NCBI GenBank assembly: GCA_902764545.1
Contig: CACWWC010000008.1
Coordinates: 9,191-73,190 of the forward strand
Origin: an uncultured Erysipelotrichaceae bacterium
GTDB taxonomy: Bacteria; Bacillota_I; Bacilli_A; RF39; UBA660
Length of the DNA stretch: 64,000 nucleotides
Direction of reading: 5' to 3'
This document shows positions 26,192 to 38,254 of this stretch, piece by piece; the stretch's first letter is position 1; every line of letters begins with the position of its first letter. The position numbers and the translations under genes are program-made. The notes under the pieces are model-generated. The model saw only the letters and a program-made list of their open reading frames with translations, had not been told where the DNA came from and searched no databases.

Positions 26192-26890
26192 ATGAATGGT
26201 GATATAAAAACGACTGCGGCGAAGTTACGGAAAAGGAAAAGAAACTTTAAAATAGCCTGTGTCTTACTAGTTATACTTATTATATTAATAGTTGCAGTAT
26301 ATGCAGCAGTTAGTTTTATATATAATGGATACTATTTTTCTATAACATTAGACAAAAATTTATATCTTAAGAATAAAGTTGTTATATATGATGATCCAAA
26401 ATACAAGGTATATAGAAGTGTTATGCAGGTTGAGTCATTAGACTTTTTTGATAATATATCAGAAAAGTGGCTGCCTGATAGTTTAGATAATGCAGGAGGT
26501 AGTCATAATGGGGAAAGTTATCTTGCATACACGTTCTTTATTGAGAATATGGGAGATGATGTTGTTGACTATTATGATGAATTAATTATCGATGATGTTG
26601 TAAAAAATGTAGACGAAGCGATACGTTTTAAGGTATACTATGATGGGAAGGATAAATTATATGCAAAAAAAAGCATTGATGGTACCCCAGAAAAAGGAAC
26701 AATTGCCTTTAAAGATGAAAATACTGTTTTAAGGCAGAAAGTAACAAATTTTGCTCCAGGTGAAATACATAGATATACAGTAGTAATGTGGGTTGAAGGA
26801 AATGATCTTGAATGTACTAATAATATTTTAGGTGGGGAATTAAAAGTACATTACGATTTTAAATCATATCATAAAGAAGGTAGGAAGTGA
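26192..26890 (+). CDS. Small membrane-anchored or secreted TasA-like accessory protein (protein O)
   Basis: ATG 26192 lies 10 nt after TAGGA (track GTG 26183). TM helix with VYAAVSF. YTFFIENMGDDVVDYY and RYTVVMWVEGNDLEC share the paralog strands. The stop overlaps the track GTG of the next gene. Confidence 0.55.
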   Translation: MNGDIKTTAAKLRKRKRNFKIACVLLVILIILIVAVYAAVSFIYNGYYFSITLDKNLYLKNKVVIYDDPKYKVYRSVMQVESLDFFDNISEKWLPDSLDNAGGSHNGESYLAYTFFIENMGDDVVDYYDELIIDDVVKNVDEAIRFKVYYDGKDKLYAKKSIDGTPEKGTIAFKDENTVLRQKVTNFAPGEIHRYTVVMWVEGNDLECTNNILGGELKVHYDFKSYHKEGRK

Positions 26891-26895
26891 TTAAT

Positions 26896-28296
26896 ATGTA
26901 TAATAATAATGATGAAGATATAGTAGAAGTGGAATATACTGAAGAAGATATTAAAAGAAAAAATAGAAGAGTATTTAAGATGATTACAGTTTCAGGACTT
27001 ACGTTAGTCGTACTTATAGTCGCAACATATGCATGGTTTATAGGTATAACAACAGTTAAAGTAAATGCATTTCAGGTTAATGTAGAGACATTTAAAGGAT
27101 TACAAATTTCATTTGACGCATCATCTTGGAGTGATAGTGTATCAATAACTGGAGATACAACATCTGATAATGCATATAATGCAACAAATAGAAGTGTTAA
27201 TAACCATTGGTTAGATTATAAAAACCCAAGTGATACAACAGAGGGATATAAAGGACTAGTACCAATATCTAGTGCAGGAGAATTTTCAACAACAGGGCAT
27301 TTAAAATTATTTTCTAATGCAAGTATCAACGCTATCACAGGTGGATATAGAATAAGAACCGAAAAAATATTAAATGAAGCATCTGAACAAGCTCAAGGAT
27401 TTGATGGAACAACAACATCACCAGAAAAAGGGCAATATATAACTTTTGACTTATATTTAAAAAATACTACTAACACTCAGGGAACATTACCAAATGCATC
27501 AGCGTATACGCCAGACGAAACAGAAGCAGTATATTTAACTACGAACTCATCAGTTACACTTCATGCAGAAGAAGGTAAAAATGATGACGACGGGTTAGAA
27601 AATTCTTTAAGAGTTGGATTTTATCAGGTTGCGTATGCTCCATTGGGGACTACTGAAGCTAAACTTAGAACAATGAACTGTACATCAGTTGCAGCTGATA
27701 GTATTGTAGGAACATGTACAACATCTGGAACAACAGGTAATAGAGGTTCCGCATGGAATATCTGGGAACCAAATGATATGACTCATGCTGATAAAGCAAT
27801 AAGTAACTTTAATCGTCTATGTAGATTGAGAACAGGAGCGGATACATATACTGCACCTGTTGCAGATGATTTATCAACAAAATGTAAAGCAGATGGAACA
27901 AATTTATTTGCTAATAATCAATATGTAACTACATATGGAGTAAGAGCAGCAATTGGAAATTCAGATAAAGTTAATATGTATGATGGAATCAATACATATA
28001 TGACAACAGTAGGAACTGATAAATTCCTTAACGCAGTTACAACATTAAGAGAATCACAAAATGTAATAAATACATCAGATCTATATGCAACAGATAGGTC
28101 ATCATTAATTAAGCTAGAGCCAAATAGTATTACAAAAATTAGAGTTTATGTATGGTTAGAAGGACAAGATCTTGATAACCTAGACTATGTTGGAGAAACA
28201 CAAAACTTACTTATTAATATGGGATTCACTAAAGATATATATGAAGAAGATGTTAACGCAACACCATCTCCTACAACAACTACAGAAGAGCCATAA
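26896..28296 (+). CDS. Expanded TasA/camelysin-like secreted protein with SipW-type signal peptide (paralog A5)
   Basis: ATG 26896 lies 8 nt after AGGAAG (track GTG 26887). ATYAWFIGITTVKVNAFQV, YITFDLYLKNTTN, NSLRVGF, IWEPNDMTH, RVYVWLEGQDLDNLDY, MGFTKDIYE. Pro/Thr tail. Confidence 0.65.
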   Translation: MYNNNDEDIVEVEYTEEDIKRKNRRVFKMITVSGLTLVVLIVATYAWFIGITTVKVNAFQVNVETFKGLQISFDASSWSDSVSITGDTTSDNAYNATNRSVNNHWLDYKNPSDTTEGYKGLVPISSAGEFSTTGHLKLFSNASINAITGGYRIRTEKILNEASEQAQGFDGTTTSPEKGQYITFDLYLKNTTNTQGTLPNASAYTPDETEAVYLTTNSSVTLHAEEGKNDDDGLENSLRVGFYQVAYAPLGTTEAKLRTMNCTSVAADSIVGTCTTSGTTGNRGSAWNIWEPNDMTHADKAISNFNRLCRLRTGADTYTAPVADDLSTKCKADGTNLFANNQYVTTYGVRAAIGNSDKVNMYDGINTYMTTVGTDKFLNAVTTLRESQNVINTSDLYATDRSSLIKLEPNSITKIRVYVWLEGQDLDNLDYVGETQNLLINMGFTKDIYEEDVNATPSPTTTTEEP

Positions 28297-28308
28297 TTAT
28301 AAGATAGC

Positions 28309-28346
28309 AAATATCATTTCAATTAGAAGTGATATTTTTCTTTTAT
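28309..28346 (+). terminator. Rho-independent terminator closing the TasA-like locus
   Basis: AAATATCATTTC-AATTA-GAAGTGATATTT 12-bp stem (one G-U pair) followed by a TTCTTTTATT tail. Confidence 0.7.
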
Positions 28347-28394
28347 TGATATCTAAAATAATGTATAATGTAAAAAGACAGGAAGTGTAAAAAT

Positions 28395-30494
28395 ATGAAT
28401 TTAGATGAGTTAAATGATAAGCAAAGAGAAGCAGTGCTATATAATGAAGGACCATTATTAATTATTGCCGGAGCTGGAGCAGGAAAAACGAAAACATTAA
28501 CTACCAAGATAGCATTTTTAATCGAAGAAAAAGAGGTAAGCCCATATAACATTTTAGCAATTACATTTACAAACAAAGCTGCCAAAGAAATGAAAGACAG
28601 AATTTTTATGCAAATAGGTAATGTTGCTAAAAAACTTCAAGTATCAACATTTCACAGTTTTGGTTTAAAATTGTTACGCGAAAACTATAACATACTAGGA
28701 TACGATAAAAACTTTGTAATTATGGACAGTGATGATTCATTAACTGTAGTAAAAAAGATTATTAAAGATATGGGATATGACCCTAAAATATATAATCCAA
28801 GAGCTATAAGAAATAAAATAAGTAGTTGTAAAAATGAAATGATGTCTCCAAAAGACTATGAAAGACTTGCGGTAAGTGATTATGAAAAAGTAGTAAAAGA
28901 GGTTTATGAAAAATATAATACTAAATTACAACGAAATAATTCCGTGGACTTTGATGACTTACTATTATTACCAATAGAACTTTTTAAAAAGAATCCTGAC
29001 ATATTAGCTAAATATCAAGACTTATATAAGTATATATTAATTGATGAATATCAAGATACTAATGAGGCACAATATATATTAACAAAATTACTTAGTGAAA
29101 AAAATAGGCTTATTACATGTGTTGGTGATGATTCACAAAGTATATATAGCTTTAGAGGAGCAAATTATAAAAATATTTTAAATTTTGAAAAAGATTACAA
29201 GGATGCAAAAACTATCCTTTTAGAGCAAAACTATCGTTCCACAAGTACTATTCTTGATGCTGCAAACCAAGTAATAAAAAATAATAAAATGAGAAAAGAT
29301 AAGAATCTATGGACATCACGAGGAATAGGAGAAAAAATAAAATATTATAGAGCTTATAATGAAAGAGACGAAGCACAATACGTTATTAGAAAAATAAAAG
29401 AACTAATAAATAGAAATATTGAATATAAAGATATAGCTATTTTGTATAGAACAAACGCCCAATCACGCGTACTTGAAGAAGAAATGTTAAAAGAAAATAT
29501 GCCATATAGAGTAATCGGTTCATTCTATTTCTATTCGAGAAAAGAGATAAAAGATTTAATTGCATATTTAAGATTAATACACAATTCAAAAGACAATGTT
29601 TCATTACTAAGAGTAATCAACACTCCTAAAAGAGGAATAGGATTAAAAACAATTGAAAACTTAACAACAAAAGCTGATCTAGAAGGCATAAGTATATATG
29701 AAGCGATTTCTTCAGGAAAAGAATTAGAATTTAAAAATCTAATAGAAAGACTTAAAGAAGTATCCGAAAATTTAACCCTAACAGAGTTAATTGACAAAGT
29801 ACTTGATGCCTCAGGAATAAGACAAGATTTAGAAAGTGAAAAATCATTAGAAGCAGAAGTAAGATTAGAAAACCTAGAAGAATTTAAGTCTATTACAAAA
29901 TCATTTGAAGAAAGAGAAGGACTGATATCACTAGAAGACTTTTTATTAGAAATCAGCCTCATCAGTGATGTTGAAGAATATAAGGATGACCCAAATAGAA
30001 TAAGTTTAATGACTGTTCATTCTGTAAAAGGTCTTGAATTTGACCATGTTTTTGTAGTAGGAATGGAAGAAGGCATATTTCCACATATGAATTCTTTGAT
30101 GGAAAATTCAGAAGTAGAAGAAGAAAGAAGACTATGTTATGTTGCAATAACGAGAGCAAAAGAAGAGCTTCATTTAGTAAATGCAAGAAGAAGAACTTTA
30201 TTTGGTAATGAACAAATAAATCCAGTAAGTAGATTCATTGGAGAAATAAATAAAGAGTTAATAGAAACAAATGTTAAAGAAGACGAGCTACCTAAAAAAC
30301 AAGAAAAAATAAAAGTAGGAGAAATGTTTAGAGAGGAAGAAGTAGAATACCAAGTAGGAGACTTTGTATATCACGAAACATTTGGTACTGGAAAAGTTGT
30401 TGAAGTCACAAATACATTAGTTAGTGTAGCATTTAAACATCCTCATGGAATAAAAAAATTAATGAAAAACCACAAGAAACTATCAAAAGTATAG
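28395..30494 (+). CDS. pcrA: ATP-dependent DNA helicase PcrA (UvrD/Rep superfamily 1)
   Basis: LNDKQREAV, AGAGAGKTKTLT (Walker A), ILIDEYQDTN, VGDDSQSIYSFRGA, QNYRST, TVHSVKGLEFDHVF, RRLCYVAITRA. Located upstream of ligA as in many Bacillota. Confidence 0.95.
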   Translation: MNLDELNDKQREAVLYNEGPLLIIAGAGAGKTKTLTTKIAFLIEEKEVSPYNILAITFTNKAAKEMKDRIFMQIGNVAKKLQVSTFHSFGLKLLRENYNILGYDKNFVIMDSDDSLTVVKKIIKDMGYDPKIYNPRAIRNKISSCKNEMMSPKDYERLAVSDYEKVVKEVYEKYNTKLQRNNSVDFDDLLLLPIELFKKNPDILAKYQDLYKYILIDEYQDTNEAQYILTKLLSEKNRLITCVGDDSQSIYSFRGANYKNILNFEKDYKDAKTILLEQNYRSTSTILDAANQVIKNNKMRKDKNLWTSRGIGEKIKYYRAYNERDEAQYVIRKIKELINRNIEYKDIAILYRTNAQSRVLEEEMLKENMPYRVIGSFYFYSRKEIKDLIAYLRLIHNSKDNVSLLRVINTPKRGIGLKTIENLTTKADLEGISIYEAISSGKELEFKNLIERLKEVSENLTLTELIDKVLDASGIRQDLESEKSLEAEVRLENLEEFKSITKSFEEREGLISLEDFLLEISLISDVEEYKDDPNRISLMTVHSVKGLEFDHVFVVGMEEGIFPHMNSLMENSEVEEERRLCYVAITRAKEELHLVNARRRTLFGNEQINPVSRFIGEINKELIETNVKEDELPKKQEKIKVGEMFREEEVEYQVGDFVYHETFGTGKVVEVTNTLVSVAFKHPHGIKKLMKNHKKLSKV

Positions 30495-30567
30495 TTTCTT
30501 TTATATTATATTGGAAACTTTAATATAAAAATGTTATAATAAAGAAAACAAACAGAGGAGAAATAAG

Positions 30568-31509
30568 ATGAATAAAGACATAACGCTTGTTATATTAGCA
30601 GCTGGAATGGGAAGTAGATTTGGTGGGTTAAAGCAACTTGAACCGATGGGACCTAATGGAGAATTATTAATTGATTACTCTATCTACGATGCCATTAATG
30701 CTGGATTTACAAAAGTAGTTTTTTTAATAAAAGAAGAAAACTATGAGATATTCAAAGAGACAATTGGTTCAAGAGTTGAGCCGCATATTCATGTAGAATA
30801 TGCATTTCAAAAAATGGATAATGTTCCTCTTTACTATGATGAATTAAAAGATAGACAAAAACCTTTAGGAACAGCCCACGCAATACTTTGCTGTAAAGAA
30901 AAGGTAGCAGAACCATTTATGATAATCAATGCAGATGACTTTTATGGCAGAGATGCGTTTAAAAAGGGTGCAGAATTTCTAAGAAACACAAATATTGAAG
31001 AAATACCACATAAATATGGATTGGTGGGATATTTAGTAAAAAACACAATTACAGAAAATGGTGCAGTTAAAAGAGGAGTATGTAAAGTCAAAGAAGATGG
31101 AACACTAATAAGCTTAATAGAATGCTCAGTAGGCAGAGTTAAATCAGGAAATATTATAGCCACTCCACTAGATAAAACATTAGAAGCCTTTGAAGTAGCA
31201 GAAGATGATACTGTTTCCATGAACATGTTATTGTTTGATAAAAGTATATTCAAATATATTGAAGAGCATTTCGAAGCATTCTTAGAAAAGAATAAAAATG
31301 AAAATAATTTAGATAAATGTGAATATTTAATACCAGATGTATTATTTGATTCAATAAATAATGGTTATTCAATGTGTAATGTAATTTCAACTGATGCTAC
31401 GTGGTATGGCGTAACATACAAAGAAGACACGCCAGCTGTAAAAGAATCTATCAAAAAGCTAGTAAAAAATAAGGATAGTGATAATAAAGATTATCCACTA
31501 CATTTATGG

Positions 31510-31518
<9 letters not shown>
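30568..31518 (+). CDS. Sugar-phosphate nucleotidyltransferase family protein
   Basis: LAAGMGSRFGGLKQ N-terminal NTP-transferase G-loop and INADDFYG. AGGAG RBS. Confidence 0.7.
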
Positions 31519-33567
<2,049 letters not shown>

Positions 33568-33581
33568 GTGGAAGTGATAAA

Positions 33582-34577
33582 ATGCAAAATTTAGAAAATA
33601 ACGATATATATCAAATGGGATATAAATTGATGATACAAGCTTTAGAAAGTGATAGTATTTATGATGTCTTGACGGATATACTTGATACAATAAAACAAAC
33701 ACTAGAATCGGATGATATATATTTATATAGAAGAGAAAAAGATGAGTTATATCATCTTTTTAAAAAATCAAGTTATGTTAAATTTAAAAAATCATTCATA
33801 GATAACTTTATTAATCATTATTATGAAAAGAAAATAGATTCTAATTACATGGATATAGATGTAAATGGAACTAAGCTAAAAAAAATGACTATCATAAACA
33901 TAAATAACAATCAATCTTTTTTATTACTAATAATTAATAGTGAAATTAATGGCAAAAATAATAAAAAACAGATATATTCCATATTAAAGAAATCGATGGA
34001 GATTATATTAAAGAGAATGGAATTATATCATCAAATAAAAAAGAAGAGTGAGTCAGATGGACTTACTGGGCTAAAAAATAGAACATCATTTCAAGAAAAA
34101 ATTTACTATTTGAATCAAAATAAACATATCCCGGTAACATTATCAGTATTAGATTTATTCAGATTAAAATATATAAACGATAATTTAAGCCATTTAATGG
34201 GAGATTATTACATAAGAAAAACAGCAGAAATACTAAATAAATATTTTCCAGATTATATTTATGCAACAAATGAGTGCGGTGATAATATTAAACAAAGTAC
34301 AGGGGATAATATTTATAGAACTGGTGGAGATGAATTTATCATAATATCAGAAAATAAATCAAGCGCATTAGTAGAAGCATTATTAAAATTTGTTACAGCT
34401 GAAGTTGAAAAATTAGAATTTAAAGGCAGTGACACATTTATTAAAGGAATTAATTATGGTATTGCTCACAGAAGAGATGGGGAAAGTATAGAAGAGTTAT
34501 ATTACATAGCAGATAATAATCTCTCAAACGACAAAAGAAAAACATATCAAAAATTTGGTATAAATAGAAGACAATAA
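33582..34577 (+). CDS. Diguanylate cyclase (GGDEF domain, intact active site) with N-terminal GAF-like sensor region
   Basis: DGLTGLKNRTSF and YRTGGDEFIII motifs. Confidence 0.8.
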   Translation: MQNLENNDIYQMGYKLMIQALESDSIYDVLTDILDTIKQTLESDDIYLYRREKDELYHLFKKSSYVKFKKSFIDNFINHYYEKKIDSNYMDIDVNGTKLKKMTIININNNQSFLLLIINSEINGKNNKKQIYSILKKSMEIILKRMELYHQIKKKSESDGLTGLKNRTSFQEKIYYLNQNKHIPVTLSVLDLFRLKYINDNLSHLMGDYYIRKTAEILNKYFPDYIYATNECGDNIKQSTGDNIYRTGGDEFIIISENKSSALVEALLKFVTAEVEKLEFKGSDTFIKGINYGIAHRRDGESIEELYYIADNNLSNDKRKTYQKFGINRRQ

Positions 34578-34604
34578 AATGATTACATAAAATGATAGTC
34601 TTTC

Positions 34605-34633
34605 TTTACAAATACTCTCAAAAGATGTATAAT
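34605..34633 (+). promoter_or_regulatory. sigma-A type promoter
   Basis: TTTACA (34605-34610), 17-nt spacer ending TG, TATAAT (34628-34633). Confidence 0.6.
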
Positions 34634-34657
34634 ATGTGCCGAATGAGGTGACAGTAT

Positions 34658-35482
34658 ATGAAAAAGGCGAAGAATAAAAAAGTGACTGAAGAAATAAACT
34701 TATCTAATAAAGAACAAGAAATAATTAATTTATATAATAATGATATTATAAAGATATCTGATGATAAGTCTGAAGTAATAGAAGAATTCGAACTAGTCTC
34801 AGATGATGATTTAGAATATGATGAATATTATATAAACAATGATAATACAAATGATGAAAATGATGAGTTTGAAATAGTTGCCAAGACGAATAATACCTCA
34901 ACAAAGTATAAGAGAACAAAGAAAATTATAAATATAGTATTTGTGATAGTAATCATGTTAATAATAATGGTTAGCACAGATATCATATGTGTATCAAAAT
35001 ATAATATAGGGCCTTTTTTTGCAATTCCAGTAAAAAAATATAATGATGGTGGAACAAAAGAGTATTATGGAATTGGATACAAAGTAATAAAATATAAACA
35101 AATACAAGGAAGAAGAGACAAAGAAATTGGAGGATATAAACTTAAATACAATACTAATCCAATTGATATAGACATAATAGATTTGGCAATAGAATTTAAG
35201 ACAGATGCAAATAGCGCATATAAAAAGTATTATAAGAAATTTGTAAGAGTAACAGGAAACCTAAAGAGTGTTAATAAGAATGAAAATACAATAACAATGT
35301 CATATGAAGATGATGGATTAAAATATTCAATAAACATAAAGTGCAATATGGAAACATTAAAAAAAGAACTTAATAGTCTAAATATAGGAAATGAAATTGT
35401 TGTTATTGGAACAGTCAATAATTATAAAGAAAATACGAGCCCAGCAACAATATATTTAACTAATTGTTTTGCTGAACAATAA
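34658..35482 (+). CDS. Membrane-anchored protein with acidic N-terminus and OB-fold (tRNA_anti-like) C-terminal domain
   Basis: D/E/N-rich N-terminus and a single TM helix. ANSAYKKYYKKFVRVTGNLKSV resembles the start of the tRNA_anti-like OB-fold family. Confidence 0.55.
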   Translation: MKKAKNKKVTEEINLSNKEQEIINLYNNDIIKISDDKSEVIEEFELVSDDDLEYDEYYINNDNTNDENDEFEIVAKTNNTSTKYKRTKKIINIVFVIVIMLIIMVSTDIICVSKYNIGPFFAIPVKKYNDGGTKEYYGIGYKVIKYKQIQGRRDKEIGGYKLKYNTNPIDIDIIDLAIEFKTDANSAYKKYYKKFVRVTGNLKSVNKNENTITMSYEDDGLKYSINIKCNMETLKKELNSLNIGNEIVVIGTVNNYKENTSPATIYLTNCFAEQ

Positions 35483-35546
35483 AAGAATAGGCAATGTCTA
35501 TTTTTTTCTTTTAGAAAAAATGTGTTAAAATGATATTGGTGATAGA

Positions 35547-36416
35547 ATGCAAGAATCATTAAATATTTTAATTAACATTGACGAAAACTATATTGATAGA
35601 GCAAAAGACTTAATATATACAATAAAGAAGTATAACGATGTATATATTGCCTTATACTTAATTTATAACAACATCAACAAAAAGCATATAGACGACTTAT
35701 CAAAATATATGACGGATAATAATTACGGAGAATTACATTGTATATACTGTAATATAAATGATGAGATTTTTCCACAAAAGTTTGAATATATTTCTAAAGT
35801 AACTTATTTAAGATTATTTGCTCCTTTTTACTTGAAGGACAAAGTTGATAAAATATTATATTTAGACTGTGATATTTTATGTAATGGTAATATTGTTGAT
35901 TTATACAACACAGATTTTGAAGATAATATTTTTATTGCATGTGAAAACATGTTAAAAGAAGAACTCAAATTATGGGGTATAGTAAATAATAGAAGACTTC
36001 GTGTAAAAGATGATTACAAATACATAAATGCAGGAGTATTACTTATAAATGTAAATAAATACGTAGAAGTAACAACCCAAGAACTAATTATTAAGTTTAT
36101 AAAAGATAATTATGAAGCACTAATATTTCAAGATCAGGATGTGATAAATAAAGTTTTTCATAAAAAAATAAAAATTGTAAGTAATATATATAATTATCAA
36201 ATTAATAGTGTAGTGAAAGACTATATGAATGATGTTAGATTAGTTCATTATTCTGAAAATCAAAAGCCATGGAATGATGACTATAAAAGCCCAAAAAAAG
36301 CACTATATTATTATAAGTTATTGAGGGAGCAAAATAAAATCGATAGACTAAGAAAGTTAATAAAAACTCACTGTCAGAATATGGCGGACAATATCTTTGA
36401 AATGATAATGAAGTAA
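35547..36416 (+). CDS. Glycosyltransferase family 8
   Basis: LYLDCDILCNG (DxD), INAGVLLINV, FQDQDVINKVF, YSENQKPW. These are typical GT8 blocks. Confidence 0.8.
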   Translation: MQESLNILINIDENYIDRAKDLIYTIKKYNDVYIALYLIYNNINKKHIDDLSKYMTDNNYGELHCIYCNINDEIFPQKFEYISKVTYLRLFAPFYLKDKVDKILYLDCDILCNGNIVDLYNTDFEDNIFIACENMLKEELKLWGIVNNRRLRVKDDYKYINAGVLLINVNKYVEVTTQELIIKFIKDNYEALIFQDQDVINKVFHKKIKIVSNIYNYQINSVVKDYMNDVRLVHYSENQKPWNDDYKSPKKALYYYKLLREQNKIDRLRKLIKTHCQNMADNIFEMIMK

Positions 36417-36440
36417 ATATATATAATGATGGATTTGAAC

Positions 36441-36469
36441 TTGTTTCAGATCTTTTGTTTTGGTATAAT
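36441..36469 (+). promoter_or_regulatory. Candidate sigma-A promoter for gatCAB
   Basis: TTGTTT (36441-36446), 17-nt spacer, TGGTATAAT extended -10 (TATAAT 36464-36469). Confidence 0.5.
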
Positions 36470-36492
36470 AGATTAGTTAAGGAGGCCTTAAT

Positions 36493-36801
36493 ATGAAAGA
36501 AAAATTAACAGAAGAAGAGGTATTACATGTTGCAAAATTAGCTCGTATTAAATTATCGAAAGAAGAGATAGAAAAATATCAGATTGAATTAAAAGAATTA
36601 TTAAACGATGTTGAAAAAATTAATGAAGTGGAAAACTTTGACGATGATATTCTTATTGCATGCTGGGAAGAAAATACAGAATTAAGAAAAGATAAACCAG
36701 GACAAATGTTAGAACCGAAAGAAGTATTAGAAAATGCTCCAAGACATAGTGGGAATTATATTTCAGTACCAGTAGTAATTAGTGGTGGAGAAGGTGCTTA
36801 A
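36493..36801 (+). CDS. gatC: Asp/Glu-tRNA amidotransferase subunit C
   Basis: AAGGAGG RBS. Sequence LTEEEVLHVAKLARIKLSKEEIEKY. About 100 aa, immediately upstream of gatA and gatB. Confidence 0.9.
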   Translation: MKEKLTEEEVLHVAKLARIKLSKEEIEKYQIELKELLNDVEKINEVENFDDDILIACWEENTELRKDKPGQMLEPKEVLENAPRHSGNYISVPVVISGGEGA

Positions 36802-36802
36802 A

Positions 36803-38254
36803 ATGAAGTATTTAAATAAAAGTATTAAGGAAATAAACGAGTTATTAAAACAACAAAGAATAAAGCCAATAGATTTAGTTAATGAAGCATTTGAAAATAT
36901 AGAAAATAATAACGATTTAAATGCATATATTACTCTTAACAAAGAAGAAGCAATAAAAAAAGCAAAAGAATTAGAAAATCAAGAAGTAGACAATATTTTA
37001 TTTGGACTACCAATTGCCATAAAGGATAATATTGTTACATCAGGATTAAGAACAACCTGTGCATCACATATATTAGAAAATTTTATTCCAATATATGATG
37101 CTTTTGTAATAAAAAAAATAAAAGAAAAAAATATGATAATTATTGGAAAAACTAATATGGATGAATTTGCTATGGGATCGTCTTCAAGAACATCATATTT
37201 TGGTCCACCACGTAATCCATGGAACAAAGAAAAAATATCAGGAGGTTCATCTGGAGGTTCGGCAACAACAATATCTGCAGGAGATGTTCTATTTGCATTA
37301 GGAAGTGACACAGGAGGATCAATAAGACAACCAGCTAGCTACACAGGAATAGTAGGAATGAAACCAACATATGGTAGAGTATCACGATTTGGGTTAGTAG
37401 CATTTGCCTCTAGTCTAGATCAAATAGGTCCAATGACAAAAAAAGTAGAAGATAATGCCATATTACTTAATGCTATAGTTGGAAAGGATGAAAAAGATCT
37501 AACATCTGCTCGAGTAGAAGAAGAAGACTTTACAAGGCTAATTGGCAAAGAAATAAACGGAGTTAAAATAGCTGTACCGAATTATTTCATGAGTGATATT
37601 GTTAATAATGAAATAAAAGAAAGTATTAAAGCTACAATAAAAATATTAGAAAAGAATGGTGCTATAGTAGATTATATTGATATTAAATATATAGAAAATG
37701 CAGTAACACTATATCAAATAATAGCCATGGGAGAAGCAAGTTCAAATCTTGCTAGATACGATGGAATAAGATATGGAACATCTGAAGAAAACCCAAAAGA
37801 TATAGAGGATTTATATTTATCCACAAGAGCAAAAGGATTTGGAGAAGAAGTAAAAAGAAGAATCATGGTTGGCTCATATTTATTAAGTGGCGAAAATGCC
37901 AAGATATACTATAATAAAGCTCTATCAATAAGAGATGATATGAGAAAAGAGTTTAAAAAAATCTTTAAGAAATACGACTTTATTATAGGACCAACAACAA
38001 CTACTACAGCCTATAATCTATCAGATCCTATGGATGATCCAAGAAAAAGTTTTATGGATGATGTACTAGTAATCCCTGTAAATATGGCGGGTTTACCAGG
38101 ATTAAGCATGCCAGTTGGATTTGATTCAGAATCTATGCCAATAGGAATGCAAATAATTGCAAATTCATTTGAGGAAGCAAAAATTTATCAATTAGCAAGT
38201 TTAATTGAAAAAGAATTAAAATTAAATCTTAATCCAAATGGGGGTGAAGAATAA
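36803..38254 (+). CDS. gatA: Asp/Glu-tRNA amidotransferase subunit A (amidase signature)
   Basis: ATG 36803 lies 1 nt after the gatC stop (track start 36782 overlaps gatC). KDNI, GGSSGGSA, GSDTGGSIRQPA amidase signature. Confidence 0.95.
   Translation: MKYLNKSIKEINELLKQQRIKPIDLVNEAFENIENNNDLNAYITLNKEEAIKKAKELENQEVDNILFGLPIAIKDNIVTSGLRTTCASHILENFIPIYDAFVIKKIKEKNMIIIGKTNMDEFAMGSSSRTSYFGPPRNPWNKEKISGGSSGGSATTISAGDVLFALGSDTGGSIRQPASYTGIVGMKPTYGRVSRFGLVAFASSLDQIGPMTKKVEDNAILLNAIVGKDEKDLTSARVEEEDFTRLIGKEINGVKIAVPNYFMSDIVNNEIKESIKATIKILEKNGAIVDYIDIKYIENAVTLYQIIAMGEASSNLARYDGIRYGTSEENPKDIEDLYLSTRAKGFGEEVKRRIMVGSYLLSGENAKIYYNKALSIRDDMRKEFKKIFKKYDFIIGPTTTTTAYNLSDPMDDPRKSFMDDVLVIPVNMAGLPGLSMPVGFDSESMPIGMQIIANSFEEAKIYQLASLIEKELKLNLNPNGGEE

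Noticed and set aside
28187-28390. 67-aa plus-strand ORF spanning the end of A5 and the terminator or promoter region before pcrA
   Set aside because: It is out of frame within A5 and then runs through the terminator hairpin. It has no RBS and no motif.
29531-29962. 143-aa antisense ORF inside pcrA, and similar antisense or overlapping track ORFs (e.g. 1166-1372, 2787-2978, 5541-5723, 30942-31253, 36979-37311, 52657-53061, 55056-55448, 60503-60850, 61077-61343)
   Set aside because: Each is embedded opposite or out of frame within a gene that has strong family motifs. They show low-complexity or Ser/Leu/Ile-rich composition typical of AT-rich antisense frames, and no RBS.
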